Virus record (IMG/VR): IMGVR_UViG_3300044849_000022
Location: 1-49,885 of that record
Reading direction: 5' to 3' (one strand)
DNA: 49,885 nucleotides
Source of the DNA: a virus
Lineage: Duplodnaviria > Caudoviricetes
Positions 47,722-49,885 of this stretch are shown in pieces. A model generated the notes under the pieces. That model ran no database searches. It worked only from the letters and a program-made list of their open reading frames with translations, and was not told the DNA's origin. How positions within the stretch are numbered: the first letter of the stretch is position 1; each line of letters begins with the position of its first letter. Made by a program: the position numbers and the translations under genes.

Positions 47722-48024
47722 ATGAGTAACTATTTAAACCAAAAATTAAAACACAATAGAAAGATCCAAAAAAGGATTAGGATCCTATCATACATCAGAG
47801 ATAACATAAAAAATCTGGATGAGGACGATATATTAAACATAACTGAAAGTTCAAAATTCATATTTAATGCAGCTACAAACCAAAGTGAGACTATAAAAAC
47901 ATATGTGTATGCTGATGAATTTTATGTTAACCTGGATGACCTAATAATTAAACTTAAAAACCGCCTGGAAAGCAATACCCAAGACATAGCATATGATTTA
48001 TTACACACTAAAATTAACTTATAA
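47722..48024 (+). CDS. Early hypothetical protein
   Basis: SD GGGAGG; first gene of the rightward cluster. Confidence 0.7.
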   Translation: MSNYLNQKLKHNRKIQKRIRILSYIRDNIKNLDEDDILNITESSKFIFNAATNQSETIKTYVYADEFYVNLDDLIIKLKNRLESNTQDIAYDLLHTKINL

Positions 48025-48052
48025 ATAACAATAAAAAAGGGGGAAATTAAAA

Positions 48053-48430
48053 ATGATGGATAATAGTTGGAAATACATTTACATTAACGCCAAAGCACTT
48101 GCAAAAAAACTTAATATGGGGGAAATATACACTAAGAGTAAATATCCCGAAGTTAAGAAATCATCAATGAAAGTAATAACCAGCGTATTACAAAAAACAT
48201 TAGAAGTTAAAGTAGGAATCGTTCCTAAAGTTAGCGCACCATCGTTTAAAGATTACATACAATTAACATATGACTGGGACTTACTACACTTCGACCGCAA
48301 TAGTGAATACGAAAATGTATATGATTTTGATAGAAATTTCATAAACCACTTAAAAGTCGTTAGAGATTTATTCTTGGAAGAAGGTTTTGATTACCTGGAT
48401 ATATCAATAATAGACAATCATCATTCATAA
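48053..48430 (+). CDS. Early hypothetical protein
   Basis: SD AAGGGGG. Confidence 0.7.
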   Translation: MMDNSWKYIYINAKALAKKLNMGEIYTKSKYPEVKKSSMKVITSVLQKTLEVKVGIVPKVSAPSFKDYIQLTYDWDLLHFDRNSEYENVYDFDRNFINHLKVVRDLFLEEGFDYLDISIIDNHHS

Positions 48431-48553
48431 ACTAAGCTTAAAAGGGGGTAGCATATGAAATTATGACAAGCGGGTTTACTACCTACTACCCCATTCCTTA
48501 CACCAAAAGGAAAACAAAAATCAACAAAAAAAATATAATTTACAAGGAGAGAT

Positions 48554-48949
48554 TTGATTATGACTAATTATTTAACAAACAAAGAATTAAAGGGATTATA
48601 CGAACAAAAAATTACCAAGGAATGGCTTGACAGGATTTATATTTCCAATGATGAGTTTTTAAACCTGATTGATAATTACCTTGTCGGACAAGACCTCAGC
48701 TTTCATCTTGCCGAGACAATCAATGAACAACTACAGGCCACCTACATCAGCGACAACTTGAAATATAATGTTACTACCTCATTTTGTCAAATAAAAGAAT
48801 ATGCTAAATTAACTAAACAGCCAGGTTTTAACCACAAGAAAGTCGGGATAAATCACTATCGCATAACTACAGATAACTACATTATTTACTTAGAGACTGA
48901 TTGGCTTAAAATAGTTGACTTAAAACATAAATTTGACGAAAACTATTAA
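48554..48949 (+). CDS. Early hypothetical protein
   Basis: SD AAGGAG within a repeated leader. Confidence 0.7.
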   Translation: MIMTNYLTNKELKGLYEQKITKEWLDRIYISNDEFLNLIDNYLVGQDLSFHLAETINEQLQATYISDNLKYNVTTSFCQIKEYAKLTKQPGFNHKKVGINHYRITTDNYIIYLETDWLKIVDLKHKFDENY

Positions 48950-49067
48950 CAGGGATAGTAAGTGAAATCTTAACAAGGGGCCTGATACCCCCTATCCCAT
49001 TTCATTCCCAAAGGGAATTGATAAACAAAAATCAACAAAAAATATAATTTACAAGGAGAGATTTATT

Positions 49068-49271
49068 ATGAAAATTGGAAAAATAAGAATAAGCATTATT
49101 GACATTATTGGTACCATATCGTTTTTAATTGGCCTACTGGCTATTACCGGGAATCTTCAATTTGCCATTGATGGTTTCTATAACGTCGGTGATCCCGAAG
49201 CTATCCGGGGAACAATGAATTATTATGTATGGCATTTCGGTAACATATTTAGCTTAGTTGATATATTATAA
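49068..49271 (+). CDS. Early small membrane protein
   Basis: SD AAGGAG within a repeated leader; N-terminal TM helix. Confidence 0.65.
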   Translation: MKIGKIRISIIDIIGTISFLIGLLAITGNLQFAIDGFYNVGDPEAIRGTMNYYVWHFGNIFSLVDIL

Positions 49272-49289
49272 AGGGGAGGTGAAAAAACT

Positions 49290-49466
49290 ATGGATTTAAT
49301 TGATTTGGAAATGCTGCTTCAAAGGAAATTAGAAAGAAAAATATTTATCCCATTACGCAAATTACATATGGAAATCTATGTAAGAACGCAATGCATAAGA
49401 CCTGAAGAGACATATTACAACCCCTACGATATTATTAATAGTCGTACAATGTGGGCAATATTCTAA
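49290..49466 (+). CDS. Early small hypothetical protein, 58 aa, absent from the ORF track
   Basis: SD GGGGAGGT; MDLIDLEMLLQRKLE...; fills the gap between neighbours. Confidence 0.65.
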   Translation: MDLIDLEMLLQRKLERKIFIPLRKLHMEIYVRTQCIRPEETYYNPYDIINSRTMWAIF

Positions 49467-49481
49467 CAAGGAGACAATTAA

Positions 49482-49670
49482 ATGTACAATGAAACAATAA
49501 TATACAAAGGTATAATATATGTAAGAGTATCTATAGTAATGGCAAAATATGCCTTTAAGGGGGCCTTTCCTATCCTGGTAATACTATCAAAGTTTTATAT
49601 TACGCCTGACGATTTGGGTATAATTGCCAATAGAAAGCTGGAAGAAATAAAAGAAAAGAAAAATAAATAA
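49482..49670 (+). CDS. Early small hypothetical protein
   Basis: SD AAGGAG. Confidence 0.65.
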   Translation: MYNETIIYKGIIYVRVSIVMAKYAFKGAFPILVILSKFYITPDDLGIIANRKLEEIKEKKNK

Positions 49671-49686
49671 AAAAAGGAGATAATTT

Positions 49687-49885
49687 ATGACTGATCAAAT
49701 AAAAAAATATTTAGAATCCTTAAATTGGGATGGCGTTAATAGGGTATACACCCTATTAACAGACTATTTCACGGTAAAAGAAGGTAGCACCGACGTTAAA
49801 ACCATGGAATACATACTAACATTAACTGTTAACCGGCTATATAATCCCGGGTGTACGGTGCCTATGCTTCCTATTTTAAAGGGCC
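49687..49885 (+). CDS. N-terminal part of the stand-alone VapE-like protein (continues into 8..460)
   Basis: SD AAGGAG; MTDQIKKYLESLNWDGVNRV aligns to DPVKEYLEALHWDGISRV of the primase-helicase. Confidence 0.85.
   Translation, partial: MTDQIKKYLESLNWDGVNRVYTLLTDYFTVKEGSTDVKTMEYILTLTVNRLYNPGCTVPMLPILKG

Noticed and set aside
49797-49885. 89-bp terminal repeat as a biological DTR
   Set aside because: It falls mid-gene and the ORF reads through the join; most likely an assembly overlap of a circular or permuted genome
1-49885. Alternative genetic code, introns/inteins or an integration module
   Set aside because: Core genes are full-length in the standard code with normal sizes; no integrase or att-like context recognised

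Overview
The window is a complete, circularly closed (89-bp terminal overlap) ~49.8-kb tailed dsDNA phage genome, probably podovirus-like and infecting a low-GC Gram-positive host (consensus sigma-A promoters, strong SD sites, sortase signal, LQLFA motif, Firmicutes-type boxA). It has a replication module (family A DNA polymerase, primase-VapE helicase, SSB, RusA, SNF2), a packaging/virion module (TerS, TerL, portal, scaffold, capsid, adaptor, nozzle, fibre, three large internal proteins), a split lysis pair and small early genes. No integrase, tRNA gene or CRISPR array was seen. Main observations: (1) a full sialic/nonulosonic-acid pathway (NeuC, NeuB, NeuA, Maf/sialyltransferase-like protein, methyltransferase, dehydrogenase) sits between terminase and portal, while predicted outer virion proteins are specifically rich in Ser-Thr dipeptides, suggesting phage-encoded virion sialylation; (2) about 12 ORF-less promoter-short RNA-terminator units, two of them complementary to the phage's own early-gene translation starts; (3) truncated, apparently degenerate paralogs of the phage's own TerL ATPase and VapE helicase; (4) a 22-bp operator palindrome in four promoters, tRNA-half-like elements, an rRNA-type boxA and strong GGATCC over-representation. 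All product calls come from motif recognition by eye, not database searches.
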